From Vicugna vicugna (Eukaryota): a DNA stretch of 64,000 nt. Of the stretch, positions 51,096 through 63,660 are shown in pieces. Location: NCBI GenBank assembly GCA_013265495.1, contig MU058718.1, positions 2,751,779 to 2,815,778 of the forward strand. The letters run 5' to 3'. Position 1 is the first letter of the stretch. Each line of letters opens with the position of its first letter. Below the pieces are notes generated by a model. The model was not told where the DNA came from. It made no database searches and saw only the letters and a list, made by a program, of their open reading frames with translations. Made by a program: the position numbers and the translations under genes.

Positions 51096-51622
51096 TAGTG
51101 GCAGATTCTATTGATGGCCCACTCGATAACCATTAACCCTTTCTTCCTTGCTAATAGAAGCCAGATCTTTACTTCTGGGGTCTGGTGACCATGTTCTTCA
51201 GAGAGGCAGGGCTGTGCCATGACCTCACAAGGAAACTTAAATTAGCCAATCCCAGCGGCATTGTCTGCCTGGCCACTAATAGGTAAGGCATCTGAGTTGT
51301 GAAGGTGAATTCTGCTGGGGGTGGCTTTTCTGTAACCTTAAAGAGAGGTACATGAGAATAAATGAACCACTTCACTGTACCTCTAGATACTGAAATCAGC
51401 CTGTAATTCTGAAATTACAGGAAGGGGAGCTGGCCTAAGAGGCTAAACCAACCTGCTCAGGATGTCAGAATAGGCAGAGAAAGAATTCAGGTTGCTAAGA
51501 ATATTGTTCAGTTCTGAGTAACTCTGGACTTACCCTCCTTTCAGGAGGTCCTGAATAAATTTCCTACTGTTTAAGCCATTTCGGTACGATATTCTTTTAC
51601 CAGCAGCCAAAAGCACCCTGAT
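51096..51622 (+). mobile_element. MaLR solo LTR (MLT1K/H-like)
   Basis: cccttt cttccttgctaatagaagccagat...aataaatttcctactgtttaagcca...cagcagccaaaagcaccctga. Confidence 0.65.
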
Positions 51623-52869
51623 GGAAAAATAGTTCTCATCTCATAGGATTATTTTTAAAAAAACCAGTGAAAAACAGTGATGTGTATAAAGTATCCAGCA
51701 CACAGCAGCATGAACAGAACGCTGAACAAATACTAGTTCTCAACTTGATCCTTGAGACCTGCTGATCTTCACTCATCCAAATATGAACTTGATACTAATG
51801 TAGCTTGGATGACTCTTCTGTGAGGTTTCCCCTGGTTCCCGCAAACAGAATTAAGGGCAGAATTTAAGGGCTTTCTCTACTTTATTCATCTAAGAGATCA
51901 TACAAAGTACCTAAGGTTATTTTAAACAATAAGATTGGTGTTTAATTCAGACAACAATCCCTGTAGTATGGGCTGCAGTATAGAAAAATATAATTAAACA
52001 GAGTATTGATTGTGTATTTACACACTTTGATCAAAATTAAAACCCAATCCAGACCAAGGACTCAACAGCAGCAAAGGATTCTGCATTGGTAGTCTAGTTA
52101 GTTTAACTGAAAATCTGCCTTCTGTAGAGGAAAGAGATTTTATAGATTCTTGTGCAGGTGTGTGAGAAAGGCCACATTTCCTCTGGAATGCCACCTCACC
52201 CTTATTTCACAGAGCTACCTGCCCCCTCTCCCTCGAGCTGGGGAACCCTCTCCTTGCAGTTCGTCACATGGCTAACTCCCCACCATAATATAGGTCTCAA
52301 TTCAAATGTCATCTCCTCAGACAGACCTTCAGGGATGACCCAACAAAAGTAAAATCCTTGCTCCCACACCAGCATGCACGCAATCTCTGTCCTTCAACCT
52401 GTTTCTATTTTAACCCATCTCAGCCCTTACCACAACTCAATATTTTCTTGTACTGTAATTTTTTTCTGTCAGTGGGGTCCAATCTTAGCTGATTCTGATC
52501 TAATTAGTCTGGGTTGAGGCTGCGCCATAGGTATTTTTTTTCAAAGTACGTCTCAGTGATTTCTAATGTGTAGCCAGATCTGAAAACCCTAGGTTTATGT
52601 TTACTGGGTCAGTCTCTCCAAACTCTAGAATGTCATTTCCAAGAAAACAAAGGACTGGCTTGTTTTGTTCATCCAAGTGTTCCATGGCACACTGCAGATG
52701 TTAAGACTTGCACACAGACTGACTAACTATATTGTAATTTTGTCAGTATTTGTCTGCTTCCTCAGCAGTCTATGAGCCCCTACAATATCGAGCCCACTCT
52801 GCAACAAAGAATGAGTGACTCAAGAAAGTTCATTAAATAAAGGAATGATCAACAAACTGCATTTGTGAA

Positions 52870-53045
52870 CCCAAATGTTCTCACACAATAAAGCACAAAT
52901 ATGTGAGGTGATGAATGTGTTAGTTAACTGGCTGGGAGAAATGAATCCTTTCATAGTATATACATATATCCAATCACCATGATGTTCACTTTAAATATCT
53001 TACAATTTTATTTGCCAGTTGTCCTCAACAAAACTGAAATTAAAA
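52870..53045 (+). mobile_element. L1MA/MB extreme 3' end
   Basis: aatgttctcacac...tatgtgaggtgatgaatgtgttagttaact...ctttaaatatcttacaattttatttg. Confidence 0.75.
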
Positions 53046-53079
53046 TCAAACAAAAACCCAAGCTGCATTTGCATGCTAT

Positions 53080-54800
53080 AAGGAAGACAAATATGACATT
53101 GGGTGTGGCTGCAGTCCTCAAAGAGCTTGCAAAACAAGATTAAAAAAAAGGAGATTGCCATTATCCACACTAGAATGCATTAATTGCTGTGAGGAAAGAA
53201 CAAAAGATGTCAGAGGAGGTGAAGACTTGCTATTTACTGGGGAAGGAATAAACCCAGGAAGGCTTTATAGAAGAGACAGCATTCGAACTGAGCCTTATAG
53301 GACAAATGGAATTTAAGTAGTCAGAGAAGAAAGATGATATGGGTAAAGTGTGGAAAGAGAAGCAGGAAGGTTCTTCGAGGGAGAGGCAAGAACACAAACA
53401 ACAAATAAGTCCATCTGGAGGTCAAGAGGGCCAGAACTGAGACACTGGCTACCAACATGGGGAAGAGTAGATGGGGTCAAGATCCATTTCCAATGACAAT
53501 GCAAACGACTATGCAAGTGACTGTAACTTGTTTGGTGAAGAAGATAATGAAACTGAGTTTTTCTAATTGATGGGCAGAGAGAATGGGGTGTCTTTAATAC
53601 TCATGGAGTCAGGAGGAGCTGGTTTTGAATGGGAAAGGCAAAGGTGAGCACTGATTTGGACACGTGAGTCTCAGTTTCAGTAGGTTGGATGTTCCAGCAA
53701 GTTTGTGGTGCTTGATGTGCAAGTTTACAGTAGGTGAGAAAGTAGTATGGAGAATCAGATTTGGAACTGACCCACACAATGACAATGACTGAAATCACAG
53801 AAAAGGATCTAAAAAAGGGAGAGGGAGATAGAAGACTCAAATCTTGAGAACATTCATATTTGGGGAGCAGAACTTGGAGTTAATGGAGAAGTTGGGAGCC
53901 TTCAGAGAGGTGTGAAGGGTGGCATATTCTGCCACCCTGAAATATGCCTCTTTGGCATAAGGATTATTTTGGGTAGGTTATTTTGGGAAGTAGCAGACAC
54001 AGGACAAATTCTGAAAACAGACTAGAAGTTACCTTTTTGTAAGGGGAATTTACACTTACGAAGGAAGTCTCCATTTGTAAGGGTACCTCGCTCTCTGTAC
54101 CAGGAAGAGAAGAATGACGCCCTTGAGATTCTTGTCAATGGAGAGGCACCAACTTAAATCAGCATATCAAATCTTATTCTTATTTACCATGCTTCTCCTG
54201 GTCATCTCCTCATAACTTCTCCTCCTCTATTTTGTCTTCAGCTGAAGATAGTATTTCAGCCTGAATTCTAAGCCACTTCTGAGAGTTACTCACTTTTCCC
54301 TGGTATTGCCCATGTATCCATGAGGTACACAAGTTAATAAACATCTGCTTGTTTTTCTCTTATTAATTTGTCTTTTGTTACAGGGTTTCCAGAACTGAGA
54401 AGGGTGGAGGGAAAACTATTTTTCCACTCTGATAGGTAAGAAGATAGGAGAGGTTACAAAACTCAAAGGGAAGATTTGCTGGCAGCAGGTTTGTTTAATT
54501 TTTAATTAATTTAAACATGTAAACTAAGCATGTTTGGAGGCAAAGAGGATCAATAAAAAGAAGTAACCAAATATGTATGTAGGAGGGAGGTAGAATAATT
54601 GTCAGAACATAATCCCCTAGAAAGTGAAAGGAAATACACTGGAAAGTCCAAGTAGAGAGTTTACTCCTGGCTGGAAAGAAAGACTGTCCTAATTTGACCT
54701 TGGAAGGGAGAAGAAAATGTGAAGACACAAGACATTGCAAGGTAGTAAAGAATGAGGTTGAGTAATTCTGTAGTATATGGTTTCTCCAAAAAACAGAAGC
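53080..54800 (-). mobile_element. L2 LINE remnant (split by the MER34 LTR)
   Basis: cccaggaaggctttatagaagag...gaactgagcctta...gatttggacacgtgag...ggagaatcagatttggaact: typical reverse-strand L2 body. Confidence 0.6.
53913..54434 (+). mobile_element. ERV1 solo LTR (MER34A-family)
   Basis: tgccaccctgaaatatgcctctttggcataaggattattttg...gcagacacagga...tagaagttacctttttgtaagggg...aataaa...; 4-bp flanks ggtg / ggta. Confidence 0.85.
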
Positions 54801-56587
54801 TGAGGTCACCTGTAATGAACAAAGGGCATGGAGGCTTGGGTTTAATGGTTTTGATTGCAAATGCAAAGGGAATAGTAAAAAGTGAAATTTTTTTTTAAAA
54901 AAGGATTTTCAAAGAACAGCCATGGCCCTGTTGATGTTGCAAGGAATGTGGAGGAGAGCCTATCACTCCAGTTCCCAGACCCCCCCCCCCCATCAGCTCT
55001 ACTGCCAGGCGCCTGGGGCAGACAATCATGGGAAGGTCTGACTCTGACAACCAGGATGGCAGGGCGACAAGGGAAGGCCAGAGAAACAGGGAGGAAGGGT
55101 CAAGTGACTGGTTTTTCCAAGCCTTTCCATTAAAGGCTTGGCCGTTTACACATATTTGCCAAGATAAAGGCTAATCCTGTCTTATCTTATGCCATGGTAT
55201 TCAGTGGTACCACTTCTGAGAGATATGTTATCACTAGAGTTTGAGAATTGAGCTCCCTCTGTTTTAATGTTGAATGAAGTCCTCTAAAGATTATCTGAAC
55301 ACTGACTCCCCTTAACTATAGCTTGTTTTAACAAAAGAGTTTTGGAGAACCACATATATCCCTAGTGCTCTTACCTAAAACACCTGCATCTCAGTGCCAC
55401 AGTGTCATCTTAACATTTGAATCAATTTGAATACAGAAACTCCATATTTCCATAAGGTATTAAATTTAAACATCACTCTTTTCTTTTTAAACAAAATAAT
55501 TTGGTCTTACGGACCATTTTTAAAGTGACAAAGTATAAAGATTTTCTCTATCCATTTATCCTATGATGGAGGGAAGTAAAATGGAGATTGAATTGGGAGG
55601 TAAGGTATTAATCAACTGTGCAGCTCTAGAAAGGTAACAAATTGGGGGCCTATTTTATTGTCCGCCAGGGAGTGGTAGATACAGGCTCATCCCCAGGTCG
55701 TTTTTAGCTCTACCATTCTACCATGTTATAGGCCGGGACTAAGTCTTGACACAGCTCTGTAATTCCCCTCTCCCACCTGGGTCTAGAAAAGTCAGTCCCT
55801 GGTGCTCTCAGTAACTATAGGATAAATAGATGTGCATATTCATTATCCAACCCCCCTGTACACACACAGAGGGTATTACAAAAAATTAACATATACTCAG
55901 GAGCTCTTCAAACCATTCAAGGTCAACATCTGCACCCACACCATAAATCTCAGACATCATTGCTGTTCAACAGAGTCCTCCCTAATCTTCTGCCCAGATC
56001 TCCTCGGCTCTATCCATACCCTGCCTCACCAGTGACCAAATCAAGAGTGAAATCTGTGGTGGAAAATGAAACACGGGATTCTATATTTTCAAAAGTGAAA
56101 TTTAGCATAGAATCACATTTCATTAGTAGAAACTTCTCTCAGAACCTATCGCTGTTGTTTTGCCCCTTTCCAAGTTAATGCTCCCCATTAAAAAGAGTTT
56201 GAAAACAAATGTTTCTCTTCCCTTTTCTGAATTTGCTACCTATTGGGCCTTGTTTCTCATGCAGCCAATGAGCAGAGGCTAGAAAGACATTGAGGTGACA
56301 GCCCCCAACCCCGTGCCTCCTTTGTACCTGGCCCTCACCTGGCCAGCAGGGTCATTGGTCTACAATAAGGGCTTGAATTTCACTCTAAGGGTCTTGATGT
56401 CACCATTCTCAGGATTTATGCGGATTTTCTTTCTCCTTTTTGAGTTTAAAAGTTACTTTTTAAAGCAGAATTTCACTTGGGTAGGATAATACCGGTAAAT
56501 ACCAGGGATTAAATACAAATATCATAAACATGATCTTTCTGACACACTATGTTAAGAGATCCCATCATTTAAAAAAGTCTCCTTGGA

Positions 56588-57522
56588 AACAATCCAATTA
56601 AAAAATGGGTAAAGGACTAAAACAGACATTTCTCTAGAGAAGACATACAAATGGCCAATAGGCACATGAAAAGACACGCAACTTCATTAATCCTCAGGGA
56701 AATGCAAATTGAAACCAAAAAGAGATACCAATTCACACCCACTGGGATAGTTACCATTAAAAACAAACAAACAAACAAAGGACCCCAGGAAACAACTGGT
56801 GTTGTGAGGGTGTGAAGAAACTAGAACTCTTGTGCACTGCTGCGGAAATATAAAATGGTGCAGCTGCTCTGGAAAATAGGATGGCTATTTTTCAAAAAAA
56901 TTAAACTGAGTTACCATATGATACAGTGGTTACAGTTCTGGGTACCCAAAAAGAAATGAAGCAGGGACTCCAACAGATATTTGTACTCCCATGATCATAG
57001 CAGTGTTATCCATAGTAGCTAAGATGTGGAAGCCACCCAAGTGTCCATCAACAGATGAATGCATAAACAAATGTAGTACATACATATAATGGATCACTAT
57101 TCAGCCTAACAAAGGAAATTCCAACACGTGCTATTACATGGAAGCATGGAACCTTGAAGACATGTTAAATTAATTAACTCTAATTAATTCAAATTTAGTT
57201 AATTAATTAATTCTGAAGTGAAATAAGCCAGTCGCAAAAGGACAACTACTGTATGATTCCACTTATATGAGGAACTAGAGTAGTCAGATATATAGACATT
57301 AGGTAGAATGATGGTTGCCAGGGGCTGGCGGGGAGGAGGGAATGCGGAGTTAGTGTTTAATGGGAACAGAGTTTTGGTTTGAGAAGATGCAAAATCTCTG
57401 GAGATGGATGGTGGCGATGGCTGCACAACGATGTCAATATACTTAAAGCCACAGAACACTACACTTAGAAATGGTTAAAATGGGAAATTTTATGTTGTAT
57501 ATATTTTACTACAATTAAAAAA
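56588..57522 (+). mobile_element. L1MB-type LINE 3' region
   Basis: aatccaattaaaaaatgggtaaaggactaaaacagacatttctc...tctggagatggatggtggcgatggctgcacaac...aaatggttaaaatgg; diverged TSD around gtctcc(t)tggaa. Confidence 0.9.
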
Positions 57523-57609
57523 ATATGTCTCCTGGAACCCTTGAGGGAGTGGCAAAGATCAAGAACATGCTAACTTTTCCTGCAAGCCATGCAAGAGAAA
57601 AAAATGACA

Positions 57610-57860
57610 TCTGAGTACTTACTACGTACCAGGCAGGCACTCACATATCCATACACAAAAGCAAAAATTTAAAAAATTAAAAATAAAAAAAAACACAAAA
57701 AAATACCCTGATTATGTACTATTAACCCCTCTATACAGCAAAGAAACCAACATTCATAAGTTAATGTACCAGGTCAAGGAGTAAGAAGCAGCGCTAGGGT
57801 TCAAAGGCAGATTTGTCTGATTCTCAAAGCCTATGTTCTTTTTGCTCCACGATGCTGTTT
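57610..57860 (-). mobile_element. MIR SINE (interrupted by an A-rich run)
   Basis: tgagtacttactacgtaccaggca...gtaagaagcagcgctagggttcaaaggcagatttgtctgattc. Confidence 0.55.
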
Positions 57861-60139
57861 TCTTCCACCCTCAGTTGTCTTTTGAAGAGGCTCTGTGCTT
57901 TGACTCTAGAGCTTTTATACATAAAAGTTGGGCCTGCCTTGTGAAATAGGCTAAAAAAGTCAGTCAACCAAATGCATTCACTCTGTGTCTACCATGAGGC
58001 CCACAACTGGCCAAGAAATAATGGAGTCATGTTTCCATTCTGCCATTGACCGTATGGCAGGGGAAAAAACACACACACACATACAGTTAAAATTTCAGTG
58101 TTGGCTGACTCCCTCAAAAGCCACTGAATCCTCTGGAGAAAAGCAGTATGTCTTAAATATTCCATACACCAAGAGTAAGTGGAAATAGTCCCATTCTACA
58201 GGAGAGGAGCATTTTCACCTTTCTCTTAAACCTCCTACCATCATAGGTAGTGATCTGCTGTTACTCACTCATGTGTGCTTCAAGCTGGAATGTAACAATT
58301 AAGGGAATGTTTCAGGCTGTGCAGAAAACAGGCATCTCTTAGATGTTTTCTGAAAAAGAGCAGGGAGCCTCTGGACGCCCCTGTGCCTATGAGCCAAGGT
58401 TTCATTTTCTTACTCTTTTGTGAAACACACAGAGAGGAGTAAGGCAGATTGTCCACACATCCCCACACATAGCAGGGTGTTGGCATTATCCAGTGAATCC
58501 AGACTGTAGATGAGTAAGTACCAGAGGGTGAGCCCCATCCTCATTCACACAGCCCAGATTCCCAACTTGCCATTTCATTTCATGATAGGCAGTGTGATCA
58601 TGGAGCTGCAGTTAGGGGCATCCTGAATCCAAGAGCTACCTAAGAGCTCCTCTCTGAGAAGATGATCTTTACATTTTTCACACCACGAGACAAACAGGAA
58701 CTGGATCCGTGGAGTATGCGGCGTGACTTGTTTTGCCCGCAGATTTGATTAAATTCAATGGATCTGTCAGGGGAGCGCCACTGTTTCAACACCAGCAATA
58801 TTTCCCCTCTTAGTCATCGTTCAGGTTTGGTTTCATAAGTAAGCTCAGAAAACTAGACATTTTTTCCCTTTAGTACCCAAAGATTCTTATCTCTGAAAAT
58901 GTGCTGCTACCCCATACATTTTGAGAAGCCAAATTAATTTCATAGAGATAGCATTGAAAAAAAAACAAAAAACAAAAAACTATCGCTCTTCAAATTGAGA
59001 ATGATGATAAATGAGGAGGCATATACACTCTCCGTGCATAGTGTTTAAAACATACATTTTAAGAATTTATGGGTGTCTAAATACAACCTTTTTATTATGT
59101 TTATTCTGCTAAAAGCAGTTCTTTCCTTTGAAAATGTATCTCCTTTCATTCTAAAAATGCAAGACAAAATCTTTCATCAGTGATCATTTATGGCTTAACC
59201 ACACTTTCTGTTGGAGACAAAAGCTTAATTTTTTAAATCATGCTACGCTAGGATATTAAACTCCTTCTCCTACGTATCCTGCCAAAGGAATCTCACAATC
59301 TCATTCCTAATCCGTTAGACCGGTTTACCGCACTTTTACGTATCATTCACAAATATGAACAAGCCACAGCCACAGGCTCTCAATAAGAGGACCCATTGCT
59401 TAAGAAAATCACACAATAAAAATCATGTTCTGATTTTACTATTTTGTCTATCTGTAGACTATGCAGGTAAGGAAACAACCCGGCAGCACTTTTACATGTT
59501 GTCTCTTACTGAGGCTAATAAGCACCTTGACATAGAGACGAATAAAATCTCTGTAAACATGAAATCCATATATGTATGGGTATCTGAGTCTAGACAAGTT
59601 AAACCTGCCACACTCCTCTGAGAAAGGATGCAACTTTAGGATACAGCCTATTGGCAAATGGTAGCTCTTTCTGAGGTTATCCTGAAAGCAGCTGCACAGA
59701 GCAGAGGGAGGAAGACATCGTTTTTAATGGTAAATACTGCCCCTCACATATGCAATTGCAGCCTTTGTTGGCAAATTCTGAGTACAAAAGGAGCTAACCA
59801 TTAAAAAAAGCCAAATCAGTCATCATGCCGCAAGACTAAAGCTACCCTAGTGCACTGTGTAAGAAAGATAATGCAGTTAACGTTTTCCACTCCTTCCACC
59901 CCTGAAACAGGACTGCACTGTTCAGATGATCAGCCTACAGCCTCTCAGCCCCAAATGATTTCAGCTGGGCTCTGCTTTTCTTCCAGAACTATGCAAACAG
60001 CTTCTTAACATTGAGTATGTTTTCCTGATGAGTCACCGAAGCTAAGCACTAATGAGGATTATTTTTTTAAAAAACAAAGGTGTCACAAATGTGGTCATTT
60101 CAAAAGCTTTCCTAACAGAACCCCTCCTAACCATGTCCC

Positions 60140-60870
60140 CCAACCCCGAGCCACTGTGCCTCTCTTTCCTTCGAAATCTGCCCTTAAGACGGCAGGCGGT
60201 GGTCATTTTTCTCACTTAAAAAGGAGCAAGATGAAAAGCGTTTCCTTTACCTTGGCTCCTGAGGCTGGCCAGAGAAGAGTGTCTTTTCTCCTCCCTCCGC
60301 GCGGCTGTGTGCAGGCGAGCTCCGGCGCAGCCCGCCCCGCGCAGCCCAACCCAGCCCAGCAGTAGTAGGAGCTGCCCACGGAGCGGCAGCCGCTGTGTGT
60401 ATGTGTAGCAGCCGCGCCTGCAGCCCAGGGACTAGTCCCCACCCAGCTTTGTCTTCAGTCAACGTTCTTTTTACAGGAAGCAGCATCTCCCACTTCCTCC
60501 TCTCGCTAGCTGTGAGCTGCTTACTTCTTTCCCTCCCCTTCCATGTCAAGGCCCAGGAGAGCCCTCTCCCCTTCTGCAGGGCTGCTGACACCAGGGCTAC
60601 AAGACCCTCTCCCCCTTGTGCCAAGGTCCATCTGGTGCTGCCTGTTCCTTCCTGCCTCTTCTCATTCCCTCACCCTCACCTCCATCCCCGATCCCCTTCC
60701 CGGCACACAGTCTGCTTTCTTATCCTGAAGATGGGTTTGCTGCTGTTGCTTTAGGGGGTCGACAGCCCCCGGCCAGGTTCCGCCCCTGAGATCCAATACC
60801 GGCCTCCGTGGCTCTGCTTGATTTACTGTGGTCCCTATCAAGCCAGCGAGCTGGGAAAGCGCAGCTTCTT
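60140..60870 (-). promoter_or_regulatory. GNG2: GNG2 promoter / small CpG-rich island
   Basis: Clearest CpG/GC-rich patch of the window; CCCCACCC (60437-60444), ETS cores ACAGGAAG (60473-60480) and GAGGAAGTG on minus strand (60491-60499), GC box CCGCCCC (60780-60786), CCAAT (60793-60797); AP-1 TGAGTCA nearby at 60029-60035. Motif function is inferred. Confidence 0.7.
60251..60440 (-). other. GNG2: GNG2 exon 1 (non-coding 5' UTR); TSS position approximate
   Basis: Minus strand reads ...GGCTGCTACACATAC...GCTCCGTGGGCAGCTCCTACTACTGCTGGGCTGGG...CGGAGCTCGCCTGCACA...GCCTCAGGAGCCAAG|gtaaag, matching my recollection of the human GNG2 5' UTR; canonical GT donor at 60250-60249; CpG-rich context; no AUG in the exon. 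Confidence 0.85.
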
Positions 60871-61249
60871 GCTGAAGTCTTTTTTTTTTTTCCCTGTGGC
60901 TAACATTCCAGACACTTAATTTCTCCAAGGTCCTGCGACCACTGCGATCTTGCTGAATCCATGTGCTCAGAGAAGAATAGCCCTGGTATGTACTCCTGTG
61001 GGGCACAGGAGATGACCCAAGTACTGCAAGGCTACCTGTGGCCTATGAGTGAAGACATATCCCCAAAAGATGCTCAGTGGTGGGAAGGGATGAATGAGGT
61101 AGAAACTAATGCTGTATCTTTTCAGCCCAGAAACAGAGTCCTCTTCCCCTTGCCCCACTCTAGTAGGGCTGAAAGGACCCTCATCCTCTTATCCTTTCCC
61201 TTCACTTTAGGAGGTGGAGTAGCATTAGGAGTAAGGGTACACAGACCAT

Positions 61250-61460
61250 CCACCAGTATTTGAATCCAAGCTGTCATTTGTGACTGTATGAACTTGGGCA
61301 AATTATTTAACTTCTGTGTGATTTCCTCATGTGCAAAATGGAGGTGATGATAGTCCTAACACACAGCAGAAATCTGAGGAGTAAATGAAATGGTGCACAA
61401 AATGATAATGATCATTCCTGAAACCTAGGAAGTGTCCAATACATATCAGCTCTTGTTATT
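61250..61460 (+). mobile_element. MIR SINE
   Basis: ttgaatccaagctgtcatttgtgactgtatgaacttgggcaaattatttaacttctgtg...tttcctcatgtgcaaaatgg. Confidence 0.8.
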
Positions 61461-63039
61461 TTCAGAGGACACTGATGCTCAGAGACAGTGAGCGACTCTG
61501 GCAGTCAGCAGCCCAAACAGGACCAGTTCTTGGTTTCCCGATTGCCCACAGTTGGTATGTTCACCACTAAACCTCGATACTCTTGGGTCTCTGAATTTAT
61601 TCAGCTTTTGAGTCATTCTCCCCAAGAATGAACACAAGGTGCTTTGGGGAAGCTACAGATTAAGTGCAGGCTGAGAGCTGGGGTTGGGGGGATCCTTCTA
61701 ATTCCCAGGTAACACCGTTGAAAAACCTCTCCTCAAGAATCAGTGCCTGGAAAGCTAATCTTCCTGCGCAAAATAGTTAATTCCCAACTTCACTTTTTAA
61801 CACAGCCTTAGCCTTCCAGCAAGTAAACTAACAGGAAGTGATGGAAATCTAGGCTAAATGCAGGGTAACTCTATCATCAGAGAAGTCACCAAGTGAGCCT
61901 TCCTAACCTGCCGTGGGGACCACAGCATATCAGCCTGGGAGGTACAGAATTTAATTTCTATGAAATGTTCTGCAGGATCCTACAGTCCCCAGGATACCTT
62001 TTGTTTAGATTTGATATTCCATGAACAGAGTTTGCTTATTTCTTCCTGGAAACATTTTTATCAAAAAGGACCCCGCTGTCAACTCACTAACATCAGAAAA
62101 CTACAAAATGGATCGTTTCAAGATTTAAAATGAGGAACTGCTTTTGAACCAACAGGAAATAGGATTGTAGTTTTGGGGGAGGACTGGATAAAATTCCCAC
62201 AGCCTCCTATAACACAAATGAAGATCAGATATGAATTACCTCCCAATCAGGAATCTTGATGTCAAAAGTTATTGGGAGCTTTTAAATGAAAATTTAAATA
62301 TATTATGACATCAAGTCTAAGAAAAATGAGAAGCGCAATTATAAATGGTTGGAAAGATTATGGAAACAAATCTTTGGTTAATTTTAAACCAGCAGATGCT
62401 GGTGTTAACTCTGGATTCAAACTGGTCTTTTTTTTTTTTAATCCTCTGTCCCCCTTTCCCTTTCTCACTCACTCTCTCAACCATCAAAGAGTGGCTGGTA
62501 CTTATCTTTATGTCTACATAGGGACATCTCTTTCTGACAATAAAATCTCTAGGAAGTTGGCCTGCTGCCTTCTGATTGGTTCTTCTATCTCTGGCCTCAT
62601 AAATCTCTCACTAGGTTACTCTGACCATTGCTGAGAAGTGCCAGCCAACCTCTCTTCAAAACTGAAAACTAGATTTTAAGATCTTCCTCTTCCTGTCTTT
62701 ACCCTCATTGCTTTTCACTAATTCTAATAGTTGTTTTTCTGGAGAGAAAAGAAAAATGTGGAGGTGTAGACTGGCCAAGAGAAGATTAATCCAGTCCAGA
62801 GCTCTTAATGCAAGCATGGTAAGTGGACATACTGAGTCTGCAAAGCGTTCATTTCTTAAGAGATATAATTACATGACACCATTAACAGTTCACACTACCA
62901 TGAGCCAGTAACCAAACGTGAGCCGGTACATAAGACAAAGGCCTGTAAAGTTCTTCAACATTCATCAGTGGCCCAAATTGTAGGCATCGATACCTTGTAC
63001 TCACAACCACCTGGTGGAGGAGATGAATGGTAAAAAGGA

Positions 63040-63660
63040 GGCCATGATCTTGGCCTGATCTCTCTCCTGGATTACTGAGCACTCTAGCTGGATGTGCCTT
63101 GGAGTTCTTTAATATCAGCATTCCCCAAATCACACATGTTGCCTCACCCAAAGCTTGGTCCCCTTTCCATAGTCTCCATTGCATTTAGTGAGGAATATAA
63201 ACCAGTCGCCCAGAGCAGGAGTGTAAAAATAACATTACAACCATTGGTCTTTGTTACCGCATGTCTGATTTCGAGTTCCTCATCCTTCATACCCACCAGG
63301 AAACTCTCTTTGACCAAACTCCTCCTCTCTACTATCCTCGCCACTGTCTCATTACTGCAGTGCTTTGGTTTTCCCTCTATATTGTAGTAGAGGATTGGAT
63401 AAAATTCCCCCAGCCTCCTATAGCCTGCAATACTTTCTACTTTGTCCTCCTATAAAGACAGAGTAGAGCTGGGTCTTCCTGGCCCTGTGAGTGCATGGTG
63501 CCCTGCCTCAGTCTCCATTTCAGCATTAACTATGTTATTTAATGAGTTGTTACTATGTCCACCTCCCTCCTCAGTATTTGAGCCCCTTAAGGCTAGGGCC
63601 ATGCTTCATTCATCTTTGCTTGTCACATAGCAGGGAGCTAACAGATGTTTGTATAATGAA
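63040..63660 (+). mobile_element. L2 LINE 3' region
   Basis: ctctcctggattactg...ccctttccatagtctccattgcatttagtgaggaatataaacc...tgagccccttaaggctagggccatg...atgtttgtataatgaa. Confidence 0.6.

Larger units (their letters stand above)
44500..60250 (-). other. GNG2: GNG2 intron 1 (GT-AG, 15751 nt)
   Basis: Bounded by the exon 1 donor and the exon 2 acceptor. Confidence 0.8.

Noticed and set aside
60156..61263. Cluster of long overlapping ORFs on both strands
   Set aside because: Expected from stop-codon scarcity in the GC-rich promoter; exon 1 has no AUG.
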